A stretch of 62,281 nt of DNA, the filler included, from Basidiobolus ranarum (Eukaryota): the NCBI GenBank assembly GCA_040143965.1. It is 21 parts of 21 records of this genome, joined end to end, with 100 filler letters (N's around TTAATTAATTAA, not from the genome) between each part and the next. Parts side by side here need not be neighbours in the genome. Positions count along the whole stretch, not along the records: positions 35,719 to 38,588 come from JASJQH010009785.1; positions 38,689 to 41,556 come from JASJQH010009786.1; positions 41,657 to 44,522 come from JASJQH010009787.1; positions 44,623 to 47,488 come from JASJQH010009788.1; positions 47,589 to 50,451 come from JASJQH010009789.1; 16 more parts are not named here. The stretch is one strand, 5' to 3'. The position numbers and the translations under genes were made by a program. Shown one piece after another: positions 37,818-50,551 of this stretch. The notes beneath the pieces are model-generated. The model was given only the letters and a program-made list of their open reading frames with translations, had not been told where the DNA came from and did not search any database. The stretch's first letter is position 1. Each line of letters begins with the position of its first letter.

Positions 37818-38688
37818 ACTAGGGTAAATCAACTGTTAGTAACAGTAACTTATTTAATCTAGTTTGGAGTTGGTTAAAGTAGGGTGCTTCAATCAGGGAT
37901 TATATGCCTTTTAAATGATTTTAAACGACACGATCAATGGATGATACGACCTAGTGTAATTAGAGAATTGATGGTCACAAGGCTATATTATATATATATA
38001 GATAAGTCATGACAGATGCATTAGAGAAGATTCTGGTTTCAAGGCATATGTCATGTTTTCAAAAGGAGTGTTTTGTTTCCAGTATTCTAAAGATCTTTCG
38101 CATTAAAGTTCTGGCCATTTATGTATAGACAATATGTAGAGTTGAAGATTTCCATCCACTCTACCTTGCTATGAAACGGGAAATTGCACTAATTAAAAGT
38201 ATTTTAACGGTTGGGCGTAAACCGTGGAAAGTAAATTTAGCCCTCATGGCTGCATTAGCATTGTTATACCACACTGGCACCAGCACGAGTTATTCTGATT
38301 CCATTTTCAGTTGATGCATGCCAAGCAGTATTCATTTTCATTAAATACGAGAATTTGTGAATTTATAGAGCAAATTTGGATTGATCGGAGAACAACTATG
38401 GAATACATTAAAATACTAAATTATTAATGAATGAATAAATAATTTGAAATGCTATGGGCTGGGATGTTGCTAGTTAAACATTTTTAACACGGATTCATAA
38501 ACCAAAAAGTTGATTGAATGGATCGGGAATGCACGAACAAGTGTTGGTACCATACCAGAATAGAGTCCACGAATACCTGATTGTGCAANNNNNNNNNNNN
38601 NNNNNNNNNNNNNNNNNNNNNNNNNNNNNNNNTTAATTAATTAANNNNNNNNNNNNNNNNNNNNNNNNNNNNNNNNNNNNNNNNNNNN

Positions 38689-38879
38689 TCCTATTTAGAA
38701 TATAGGGGCTATAGATACATTGCTTTCTGTTTCTGATATATGTATCATAACTAAAGTTAACTATGATGTTGAATAAAGATTAATTATCCAACAATAATAC
38801 ATTGGAAACAGCTTTAGTTATGATAGATATATCAGAAATAGAAAGCAATGTATCTACAGCCCCTATATTCTAAATAGGA
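38689..38879. repeat. 68-bp inverted repeat (38689-38756 and 38812-38879), 3 mismatches, 55-bp spacer
   Basis: Direct comparison of the two arms. Confidence 0.9.
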
Positions 38880-39099
38880 ATATCTCTATATCTATATAAC
38901 AAGTATGTCTTATTACCCCAACTTATCTATTATATCTTATTACACAAACTCCTGCATATCTCAAGCAATTGATTTACTTCTCTACTATATAATTCACCAT
39001 ATACTCTTAAGAATAAAGTAACTAAAAACACACTATCTTTAGTTGCTTCTAGTACACAAAGTCTACCCTTATTATGTCAAGATCCCCCAACACCATCAA

Positions 39100-41556
39100 A
39101 GCCACCAAAGTCATTATTGCTCTCTATGTTGCTAGTATCAAAATAGTGAGTAATTTCTCAAGTATGGTGAAACAAACTAAGCCCTGGCTATCTACCAAGT
39201 TTTAAATGCAAGATCTTGGATCACTAGCATATTGTCATGGAATGCAGATACATGAGAATTCCAATAATGGAACACTCACTATTACACAGGTCAAATACTT
39301 TGGAGATGTTTTAATCATATTTAATATATCACTATGTAAAACAGCTTTAAATCCACTATATATGCTGAAACTCACTTAGGACATGGAAACAAAACTGCTG
39401 AAGATATTGAAATCATGAAACATATTCCTTACTACAGTGCAGGTAGAAGTCTCATATATGCAACAACTAGTATTGGGCCTGATATTGCTACAGCTGTAAG
39501 CATAGTAAGCAAATATTTGGAAAATCCTGCAATCAAGCATAGGAAAGCTGTCAAACAGATAATAAGCTATCTGAAGGGAACAAGACATCATGAGATTCAA
39601 TTTAGTAGGCAGCTGCTTACAACATGTCACTCATTTTGGAAAGATATGTTGATGTGAACTAGGCTAGTGATATATACAACCATAAGTCCAGAACTGGATA
39701 TTTGGTTAAGCTAGCTGGTGGATCAATAAGCTGGATTAGTAAGAAACAACAGACTGCCATATTATCAATTACACAAGCAAAATATATGGCAAGCTCTATG
39801 GCTGTTCAAGAATCTATATTTTCAAGGACTTTGGATATGCTAGAGCTAATCCTATCCCAATTTATCAAGATAGTTTTAGTTGTATTCAGATCACCAAACA
39901 TCCTGAACATCACTCAAGGAATAAACATATTGACATAAGACATCATTTTAGAGATTGATTTAAGCCATAGAGTGTTCTCTGGAGTCTGCAAACTTTTCTA
40001 GGGCTTTCTGGATCTAAAAATCCATCTGGCTGGTCCTTATATATCTCCTCAGCAAGCTCACCATTAAAACATGCTGCTTTAACATCTATTTGATGTATAA
40101 TTTACTGATACTTAGCTACATTGTTATAATCAATTTAGTTGAATTAAGCTTTGCTATAGGGGCAAAAGTTTCTGTATAGTGTATTCCTGGTCTTTGGTAA
40201 CAGCCCTTGGCTGCCAGTCTTACCTTGTATCTTTCTATACTGCAATCCAAGTTGGACTTTACTCTAAACACCCAATGGCAGCATTGAAGCTTGTGTGACA
40301 GGCTATTCAGGATTGTAACTATGACATAATGATCTGTAGTAGGTACTTCAATGCATTCTATTTCATCCACTATAATAGTGACTCTATTAATCACAGAGTT
40401 TATAAATTCTCCTAGCTTCATCTTTGATTAAAGAATTGTTTTCTTAGAGACATCTTGTTGGCTGCAAAACATGTTTGGTGGGTGTTTTCCAAGGCTTGCC
40501 ATACCTTCTCTATAGTTTTAGCTCTTGAACATTGAATTAGCAATTTGTTTCAACATCAAGATAAATTGTGATAAAGGCACTTTCTTCTTTTTTAACTTGG
40601 AGTAAAACTTTGATTTCAGATAGTTTTGCATTGCTTCTTTCTCTTACAACAGCTTGCCAAATTCCTTTTTATTGCAGTAGAAGTTCATTTTAAAATTCCA
40701 AACTTAATAATAGATTCCATTGAATGCTTAAAAGAGGGAAATATTCCAGAAATTTGAGAAGTATGTATTACAGAGAGCACAAGCCTGAGGCTCCTATCCT
40801 GTAAAAGTATTTGGGATCCTGTGGGAAGTGACTGGGAGAATTAGAGAAATTAGTGGTTTTGACTCATTCATGTATTGAGTAGAAGGTTGACATTTTTACT
40901 TTTGTCTAGATATAAGCAAACCAACATGTAAATTACAATATCAAATAATGGATAATATCTTAATGAAATATAAGAAAACTAAATACTAAGCTATATATGA
41001 CTATATAGGGGCTCAGGCAAAGCAAAATTTCTATACTTTTAAAGCTTGGAGAAGTAGTTGGAGAACCTGAGGAATTGGTTTATTTCACTAATTGGCTTTT
41101 TGATAGAAAGCTCACATTTATAGTTTTGTCAAGAGGTAGACAAACAAACAAACAAGCAAACATGTAAGATGTGTCAAGGAAGGCTCCAGAAACCTTTGAG
41201 CCCAATTGGGGCCTATAGCACAAGTTTAAAAACTTCACAATATCTTCATTTAGAGCTTATTCACAATATTTTATCAAGTTTGAAATTCTCAGATTATATA
41301 TTTTTCTCAAACTTTGACACATATTCATTTAGGCTTATCTATCAGCTTCCTGACAAAAATGTATATCTCAACTAGCACTCAGTATGTAAGTAAGTGGAAC
41401 CATCAATTCATCTACTTATCCATAGTACTTCCAGCAACTGCCAAAAACCATAACAATAAAACCAAAGTCAAGTGTGCAGACTCCATTTAAGTGTTGCTAT
41501 TAGCTTTGCCTAAACACCTATATAGTCATATATAGCTTAGTACTTTGTTATCTTAT
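39100..41556. mobile_element. Scrambled copia remnants: RT/RNase H (+, to ~39955), RT and gag (-, ~39960-40790), LTR-A pieces
   Basis: GPDIATAVSIVSKY, ISWISKKQ, RYKVRLAAKGCYQRPGIHYTETFAP; gag homologous to 12276-12770. Confidence 0.8.
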
Positions 41557-41656
41557 NNNNNNNNNNNNNNNNNNNNNNNNNNNNNNNNNNNNNNNNNNNN
41601 TTAATTAATTAANNNNNNNNNNNNNNNNNNNNNNNNNNNNNNNNNNNNNNNNNNNN

Positions 41657-41739
41657 AATATTGTGACGGTTCTCTGACGGTTTTGCTATTTCGGAGGGTG
41701 GATCCGATCCGGATCAAATCGATTTTATTTTTGTTAGGG
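41657..41739 (+). mobile_element. CACTA right terminus, CpG-intact copy
   Basis: gtgacggttctctgacgg...gatccgatccggatcaaatcgattttatttttgttaggg. Confidence 0.82.
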
Positions 41740-43868
41740 TCCAGTATATTACCAAAAACCTATTGAAGAATACTCTGGAGACCCATTTGGATCACAGACT
41801 CCCTTTGGTCTACAAAGAATGACAAGACTCAGCCAAGGTGGAACCAACTTTGTTGCACATTTTCTGCATATGATGCTCAATGTCCTCAACAAGTTCATAC
41901 CCAACAAGGCTGCTCTATTTGTAGATGATATTGGCATTGAAGGATCACCTATCTAGGGCATGACTAAAGTATGGCCAGGAGTAAGAAGATTTGTATAAGA
42001 CCATATAAAAGACACTGACAAGATTTTGACCAATATTGAGAGGGCTGCACTCACTACAAGTGGTGAGAAAAGAGACTTTTGCAGAGATTATCATTGTTGG
42101 CCAGGAATGTGTCCTCTATGGAAGAACATCAGGACCTGCAAAGATTGAGAAGCTCCTGACAGGGCCAACACTTTACAACATAACCCCAGCAAGAGGATTT
42201 GTTGATGTTTGTTGATTTTACAATATGAATTCCCAATAGCTCTGAAGTTGCAGAACCTATCTACCAACCACAAAGAAGCTATGTGTAGTTTGAATGTGGA
42301 CTTCATCAAGATGATGCTGTGGAGTAGCTGAAGCAAGCACTAATAGGGCATCTCACTACTTTGCGCAATTTGAGATGGAAGACTAATGTGACCACTAAAA
42401 GATATCTCACCAACAGGATAGCCCAAATTGACAGACACTAAGTTTGTGTACAAAAAGATGCTGAAGGACTGAAGAAAGCTAGAAATGCGAACAAGAACTA
42501 CTTTGATAAATTCTTCCCCTCCACCCAATGCCACTAGAAGTTGATGACCATGTACTAGAATAGGCTTCTGCTGTGAACAAACAATGGATCAGGAAGGTTG
42601 ACAATCATTGGGGAGGCCCATACAATATTGTTAAAGTGGTAATCAATGGAAGCTATTATACAACCAAACTTGACGGAACAGAACTCTGACTAGCAGTTGC
42701 AGGGAACCAACTAAAGTTGTTCAAGGCTAGAGCAAATGACTGAACCAGCTGAGTTTGGTCTTTCAGTTGAGTTCAAAGGGGGGGTGAATATAGTGGGGTA
42801 GCAATGCCATACACTAGCTTGTTTACTTTTTTTATTCCTGGCTCATATCATTACTATCCATCAATATCTATCTGATTTTTCATAATTGACTCACACATTT
42901 TTCCAGCCAATCATAGAACACTATTGGTGCTATCACCTACTGTTTGAGATCAAACAGTAGCAACCCACATTAGCCCTTTTATTTTCTGCTAATTTCTACA
43001 ATCTTGTAGAATATTTCACAAAGTTCTTTGAATATTTGATGATGAATATAGTTTGGCCAATGAAAGCTAGATTTTGCCAGAATATTTCATAACTTCCTGG
43101 ATTATTCTACAACCTTCCGGAACATTCTATGGATTACTACACTGATTATGGATGATTATATCATATTTCCAGACACCACCAATAGAATTTTGTGGAACTT
43201 TCCAGAAATTACCATTAGTATTCATTTCTTCCTTCACAGAATTATCATTAGGAGCCATATCTCTTCAATAAAAGTTATCCTGGTTTTCAACTAAAAATCA
43301 CTGCTTGTGATAACCACTTTGTTTCATCACTGCTTACAGGACCTTTGTACATAAAGCTCAAGGGAGACTGCTAGAGACACTTACCAGCTACTGTGTGAAT
43401 AGAAAGGACTTGACCAGTGTAAAGGAAGTACTGAGAAGTAGGTGCTATATTTTCTGATACTATTTTTCTCTAGCTATGTCTGCACAGGCAACAAGCTTTT
43501 TCATATCCTTGGGTGAATACTACTAGTGTATCCTTGTTCAAGACCCTGCTGGCTGAGTTTACAACAGTTTTCAATTGATATAGTTTTTTATCTGATCATT
43601 CTCAAAGGAGATTGAAGCCCATATATTCTTTTATCAGGTACCAGCATAGAATTCAATAGAAAGCTGGACATTTCATTGTGGTTTCTCAGTCCTTAGACAT
43701 TGTACAAAGCTTGATTCCCTCTCACAATGACCCAAGAGGCAAAAGACACTGCCATATTACAATACATCCCAGAGTTAGTCATCAATGGTTATTGCACCCT
43801 TTGGCCACCTCACAAAACCCTTAAGATAATGAGGTAATAGTTGCTGCTTACACTCTAAAACAACTACA
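41740..43868 (+). mobile_element. Decayed Ty3/gypsy: RT, integrase C-terminus, PPT (42775-42788) and ~1.08-kb 3' LTR family D (42789-43868)
   Basis: RLSQGGTN...FVDDIG (RT), WGGPYNIVKV (GPY motif), aaagggggggtgaa PPT, LTR ends ...actaca. Confidence 0.8.
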
Positions 43869-44246
43869 GTGCTAGTTGGTTTAACCCAATTCTTGATGCT
43901 AACATACCTGTAATGATCTAATTGGTAGGCTATAATGGAGATAATAAAACCTATTAGATTGATTTTAAGGCAAGCAAAGCAGTATTTTTCAGCATTCAGT
44001 ATAAGTCTATCTGAAGTGAAATGGTTGACAGAATCAGAACATGGGTGGATTGTTCAGCTTAATTGGTTAAGAAGATGATGATAGCAGCAACAAACACTAG
44101 TGCATATTTGGCATCTTGGTGAATGAGGGTCATAACTATTTTATATTTGTTGGTCAATGTCTTGCGTCCAAAGGGTGCTCCATGCAACATTTATTGCATG
44201 TTTCTCCATATGGAAGCAGTCTTGTGTTGGTTGTCTTGGTGAATAT

Positions 44247-44522
44247 TGTTGAAGTTTATTGTCTATATCATAATTGTTATCTCTATCTTTATACACCTCA
44301 CTATTTTTATATATCACATATAAGTTAGTTAACATTACTTAGTCTAATAACACTTAACTGATAATTGGAACATATATTATATATATATGTGAATAATGTG
44401 AGAATTAGCAATTCCATATTGAAAATTTCAAACTTGTCCAAATTGCCCAAAAGATTGCTCATTTTACTCCCACAGATGTTCTAAACACAGCCCCAGTGTT
44501 AGTTTTCTGTATTTCCATCAAA
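44247..44522 (+). repeat. LTR family B, partial
   Basis: Matches 27705-27980. Confidence 0.8.
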
Positions 44523-44622
44523 NNNNNNNNNNNNNNNNNNNNNNNNNNNNNNNNNNNNNNNNNNNNTTAATTAATTAANNNNNNNNNNNNNNNNNNNNNN
44601 NNNNNNNNNNNNNNNNNNNNNN

Positions 44623-44900
44623 CATTTTGGTGGAAATACAGAAAACTAACACTGGGGTTGTGCTCAGAACATCTGTGGGAGTAAAATGAGCTATCTTTGG
44701 GGCAATTTGGACGAGTTTGAAATTTCCAATATGGAATTGCTAATTCTCACATTATTCACATATATATACAATATATGTTCTGATTTTTAGCTAAGTTATA
44801 TTTGACTAAGTAATGTTAACTAACTTATATGTGATATATGAAATAGTTAGGTGTATAAAGAAAGAGATCATAAATATGATAAAGACAATAAACTTCAACA
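44623..44900 (-). repeat. LTR family B, partial
   Basis: Reverse complement of 27705-27980. Confidence 0.8.
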
Positions 44901-45560
44901 GAGACCTCTAATTTTACTCCTCTTTTCCAGATATAAAGCTGTAGCAACAGATTTCACCCAAAAATTGTGAGATAAATTTGGTGCATTCATTTTAAATCTT
45001 CACATTTCTCTTATAGCACTGTTAGCTCATTCAGCAACTCTATTTTTTTAAGGTGAATGGGGGCAGTAGTCTCTTGCTTTATTCTACTAACTTTGCAAAA
45101 GTCATTAAATAGTGCCGAAGTATATTCTCCACCATTATCAGTATATGTTTTCCTGATTTTAATAACAGTTTTATTCTCAACAATGGTTTCAAAATGTTTA
45201 ATGATGGAGAGGGTTTCTTCTTTGCCTTCCATAAATTAGACTCAAAGGTATCTTATGTAATCAATTATAAATGTGCATAATGATCTATTTCCAACTAAAG
45301 ATCAGTTTTGCATAGGTCTATATAAGTCTGAAGAAATTGGATCCAATTTTTTGACAGATTTAATTAAGCCAGACCTCTGGAATAGATGACTGCATTGCTT
45401 CTCCTATATAAAGCCTTTCCAATTTTTTATTTTGGCTGAGTGATACATATAAACTTCACAAATCAAGTGATTTTGAATTTTATTGCAAAGCTAACCAGAT
45501 CCAATGTGGTCAAATATCTTATGCCATAATTGACTGGTTTCTTGATTGGAATGATGTATA
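44901..45560 (-). pseudogene. Copia integrase remnant
   Basis: YTDNGGEYTSALFNDFCK. Confidence 0.8.
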
Positions 45561-47096
45561 CTTTTACAAAACCCAATGGATTATATGTAAGCCTGTACAA
45601 GTTTGGCTCTCAGAAAGTTAGAAATAGAATTCTTAGCTTTTATCTATCCCATTAGTATGGAGGACTTGCTTCATGGAGTATCACAAGTCCAGAATATATT
45701 TGATCAATTGAATATTAATACCTTGTATGAGAGCATGCTGGCAAAAATGTAAGCATACATAAAACTGCAAGGTATAGTTACTATATAGTAGCAATTGTAA
45801 AAATGTGATGTCTATTTATTTTGATCTAAAAATACTAGTATATGCTTCAAGTGAGCAAAATCATGTTTGAGTTTCTTCCTTCTTAACTTATTACTCTTGA
45901 TATCTTTAACCCAATACTCTTGCATTGCCAATGAATATAAATCTGCATACTTATATTCTAACTCTGTTTAACAGTGTTTTTAATCCAGATCTTAATATTA
46001 GTGAGTATTTTTTGAAATCAAATAAACTCAATAATATCATGTTCAAAAAATAAGTAAATTACAATTGGGTATAGTGCAAGATAGCTTATCAAATAGCTAG
46101 ATACAAAGCTTTGTGTAACTCTGTGGTTGCTTAGAATATGTTAACTTCAGCGAAACCATCTTGCATTGGTAATGAGTGATATGGATGTGCCTTTAATAAT
46201 AGATTCAGAGACTCTAATTTCCATCCATTTGCTGCTCTATTTCCCAACAAAGCTTGTATCAATGCATCATTGTAATATTTCCAGAAGGAATCCACAGAAT
46301 CAAAAGTGGCCAAAGGCTCCTCTACTCTGGCTGGTCAAATGCTTATCATGTGGAATATCAAACTATAACAAACTTAGAAGGAAATGTTATGTTGTTCAAT
46401 GTTTCACATCCAGGAAGACAGCTTTAGAAAAGCTCCGGGTGCCTATGCATATTCCATTTATACTGTATAAGACAACTATGGCTGACTTGTCATATGATAA
46501 GGAAGAGTGCAAAAGACTTGGTTATGTTACCGCAAAGAAGAGACTCAAAGGAGAGACCGTTACAGAATGGCTTAGGCTTTACTATTATATATTTTCACAA
46601 CTTAGAGCACAAGGTACCGCATACTGTTTTGGCTTCCTAAAACAGAATTAACCTTGTTGAAGGAAAATTCAAAGGAAAATCTTTGAGTGGGCAACAATCA
46701 ATATCAGGCAACATAGTAAAGATCTTGATCAATCGTCAATATATAGAGTGCAGAAATAAACCGAAACTTTATTAGTAGAAACTTGATACGCATCGACAGT
46801 CATGGCGTCAATAGTTTAAGTCATGGCGTGCAGACATTTAAATTTCAAAACTTGTGCGAAGAAAATATATCAGTCTGAGTAGTAGTACATCAGCTTTTTG
46901 TAAGTCACTACATCAAATTACATATGTAGATTCACCTGCTCATTTAAATTTTTCTATATAGCGCTCCCCAGGAAGCAAACAAACATTAGAGAATATGAGA
47001 CCAATACTATCGTTTATTATGATTATCCATATATGTTCCTAGTAATTCGAGAACTGTGGATTATTTAGTGTGTAAAGACAATACATTATTAATATA

Positions 47097-47488
47097 TTAA
47101 TCAACAATTGGAGTAGCAAGGTTGTAGGTTTTTCCTCCATAAGAGTAATCTTTTCCTGGCTCTCTTTCATTGGCAGGAGGGAACAGGCGTCTCTTCTCAT
47201 CATAGTAAGTGTCACGAAGATATCCCTCACGGGCTGCGTTGTAGGTGAGATAAACTGCTGTTCTGTTTTTCTTAGTATTGTTGGGCCCCGACTTATGTGG
47301 CAGGTACGCACCGAAGATAAGAAGCTCGCGTGGCCCACAGGTGAGTGGCACCCATTGTTCCCCTTCACCCCATTTCTGGGAAATGGACCCGTCATGCGCC
47401 TCTTGTGGGAGTACGCCTAGAAGATGCTGCTTGGGTACAGCCCACAGACATCCATTCTCCATAGTGAATGGGTCCACCCCAAACATCA
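47097..47488 (-). CDS. Phytanoyl-CoA dioxygenase (PhyH) family Fe(II)/2OG oxygenase, 3' part
   Basis: ENGCLWAVPKQH, LLIFGAYLPHKSGPN...RTAVYLTYN (distal His and 2OG-binding Arg). Confidence 0.85.
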
Positions 47489-47588
47489 NNNNNNNNNNNN
47501 NNNNNNNNNNNNNNNNNNNNNNNNNNNNNNNNTTAATTAATTAANNNNNNNNNNNNNNNNNNNNNNNNNNNNNNNNNNNNNNNNNNNN

Positions 47589-50451
47589 TTACAAGATATT
47601 TCCATTAATGGATGGCAGCTTTGTCCATTATAAGCTGTTTCTAAGCAATTTAATTACACCAAGTTCACCATCTAAAAATTTCAATGTCATTCAAAAAGCA
47701 TTTTACATTCAAACTGACTTCCAAGCAAAAGCTTGCTGGCATAAACAGAAAAAAACAAGCAAGAAAAGAAGGCTTAATGGATGAGCAATCTAGCAATACA
47801 CCATTCACTTTGGAAGGCCCCAACATGCTGGATACTAACTAAAGTCATAATGAAGGAATAATCAATTCACCAGATGTGTTCCTGTCTAGCAATAGTGCAA
47901 GTCACAAGATTGCAATCCCCCAATTACATAGTAATTTATGGGTTGAGCAAACTTTGACAGAAACATCATCAAGACCATCAACTTCCAGAATGCCTACTTT
48001 GCAACTGTTGAACATCCCTCCATCGATAATCTTGATAGAATTATTACAAAAAGGGAATCTTAGGCAGAATACCATAACAATTTGTATGCAATCATAAGTA
48101 AAAAATACAAAGTGGCTATACAGGATATGACAAGCAATAATGCCACAATGTGGCCATTGAAGCACCATTCTGAAGCCATCAGTTACAAAGTGACTCAACA
48201 ATGATACAAGACCTTCAGATTGCTATACTTGAGCTACAGCAACATGCTGCTCCATCCATCCATTCTGATACAGAATTTCAATAAATTTCTCACCTTACAT
48301 ATGAATATCAGCATACAATTGAGCAGAGTAGAATATGTGTTGGACCATTAAGCCTACACAATAGCCCACAATTGCTTGGGCATACAAAAGTTGCAATCTC
48401 ATAGGAGATCCAGTAAATCAATAGACTCTGAATGTCAGAGTGGCTGCCACTTACTCTGATAATCAATGGTTTCTAATCTTGGAAATTGTTGGAATCAGGC
48501 CCAAAATCACCTTATTTGAGCCAATTGTAGAAAAACCCAAAACCAGGCATTACTCTGAAGGTTCTTGATTTATTTCATGTGGCTTATTCTGGGTTTTTGC
48601 AAGCAAATGGCAATTAGGCCAGTATTGGCCTATTCATGGATGATCTCAAAAATGTATACAATTATATACTGTAAAAGAAAGAAAAGCAGCTAAAGAAGTA
48701 TGCAAGGAGCAAGAAGTTAGTTAACCAAAAATCAAACCAAAGGAGCTAATGAGTTTATGCTTGCCTGTCCCACTTACTGAATTCTTTGTACCATCACAAA
48801 CAGCAGTATTTCGAGATTCAAATATAACTGTAGATATTCTGGCTAAAAGGCTTAATTTTACCATGGAACCTAGTACACCAGCTGGAAGAGTGCTGAATTT
48901 GTAAGTTTTTCCAAAACCTGGCACCTCTGAACAAGGCAAAACACCAGCTAATAAAACTCCTGGCTCTTCAACCTCAATTGGTACTTTTCCATGTGTTGAA
49001 ATTAGGCCCACTCTTAAAGGCATGCAAAAGGCTGCACAAGCACCACAAAGTAACCTCAGTAGTGTCACAGTACAAGGATGTATAAAAACAGTAAAGAGCT
49101 TGAGGAGTTTTCAAAAGTTTGAAGGTAAAATGCAATGCAAGTATGCAGAAAGTGGCTTCAAAAGATGAACATTCAACAAGATATTGAGTCTGGTGTTGAT
49201 CTTGCAGCTATCTTGGAAGAACTTGCCCTAACAGAGATTTGAGTATTTTGATTGTAAGAAAACTGAAACCTTTAAATCCATTTTGGATTGATTGTTCACT
49301 TCCCATCATAATATTGACAAGTTAGATATGATCTTAATCACTTTTTTAGTTTCAGGAGTGTTTCTTCAAGATCTTGCAAAGTAGTTGCATATGATTGGCT
49401 ACATTTGCAGAAAACTATGGATCAGATATGAACAATATTTACATTAACAAACCAAAGGGAAAAGTAAAGGGGCTGGTATTTGTTGGCTCTACTCTCCCAC
49501 TGATCAATTTCTATACACCATTACAAAGACCCGTATTTCCCAAGCTAGATATACCAGCAGATAAGCTGTTGAAAAAGCTTGATTTTACCATGCAACTAAA
49601 AATCCCAGTTGGAAGAGTTCAAAATTTGGAAGTTTAGTCAACACCCAGCACCTCCCAACAAGCTAAAGCACCACCAAGATAAGCTCATGGCTCTCTAACC
49701 CCAACTGGAACATTTTGAAGTGTTGAAATAAGCCCCAAACTTAAAGGAAAGAAAGCAGCCACCCAAACACTGCAAAGCACACTTAGCAGTGCCACACTAG
49801 AAGGATGTAACAGTTTATAAAAGTGCTTGCAGAGTTATTTCAAAGTTATGAAGGGAAAAATGTGATGCAAGTATGCCCTAACAAAAATAAAATTGATTTG
49901 ATCTGGATGGGATCCACCATCTAAAATAGCAAAACTCTCAGAGAACTGTCATAATATTGGTGGCTTGCATTCTGCCAGGGATTTTGATGGTGTGATGGTG
50001 ATTTCTTGATGGTATTTGGACACTATTCATACATGTTAAAAGATTGATCTCAAATATGGCATGCATCATTCACTAACCAGCAATTTTAGCCAAAATATAA
50101 TTTTCAAATGGCATATGACTGGGTTTACTGTTGTAGGAATTTGAATTAATATGCATATCTTTATTTAAATATTTTAGACTTTGTATTCTAGCCATGTTGA
50201 GAATCAAGAAATTGCAAGAATCTTGTTGGGTTTAGTCTCCACATATTCACATACCTGACTGAATAGACATAACTCCACAACATCAATATGCTTTACCAGC
50301 AAACTAATAGTAGAACAATTGCAAACATCTGAAATTTTGAATAGCACTGACACTTGGCCAATAGCTGGCTCTTGTTACTGTTCACAAGGAGAATAAGCTC
50401 TTGGATTTTGGCAAATTTCCATAAAGAATTCCATTAATATATCCCAGACTT
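47589..50451. mobile_element. Nested CACTA pieces: ORF2 (+), left terminus at 49226, further ORF2, right terminus at 49876
   Basis: ccctaacagag at 49226 and ccctaacaaaaat at 49876; ORF2 homology. Confidence 0.78.
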
Positions 50452-50551
50452 NNNNNNNNNNNNNNNNNNNNNNNNNNNNNNNNNNNNNNNNNNNNTTAAT
50501 TAATTAANNNNNNNNNNNNNNNNNNNNNNNNNNNNNNNNNNNNNNNNNNNN

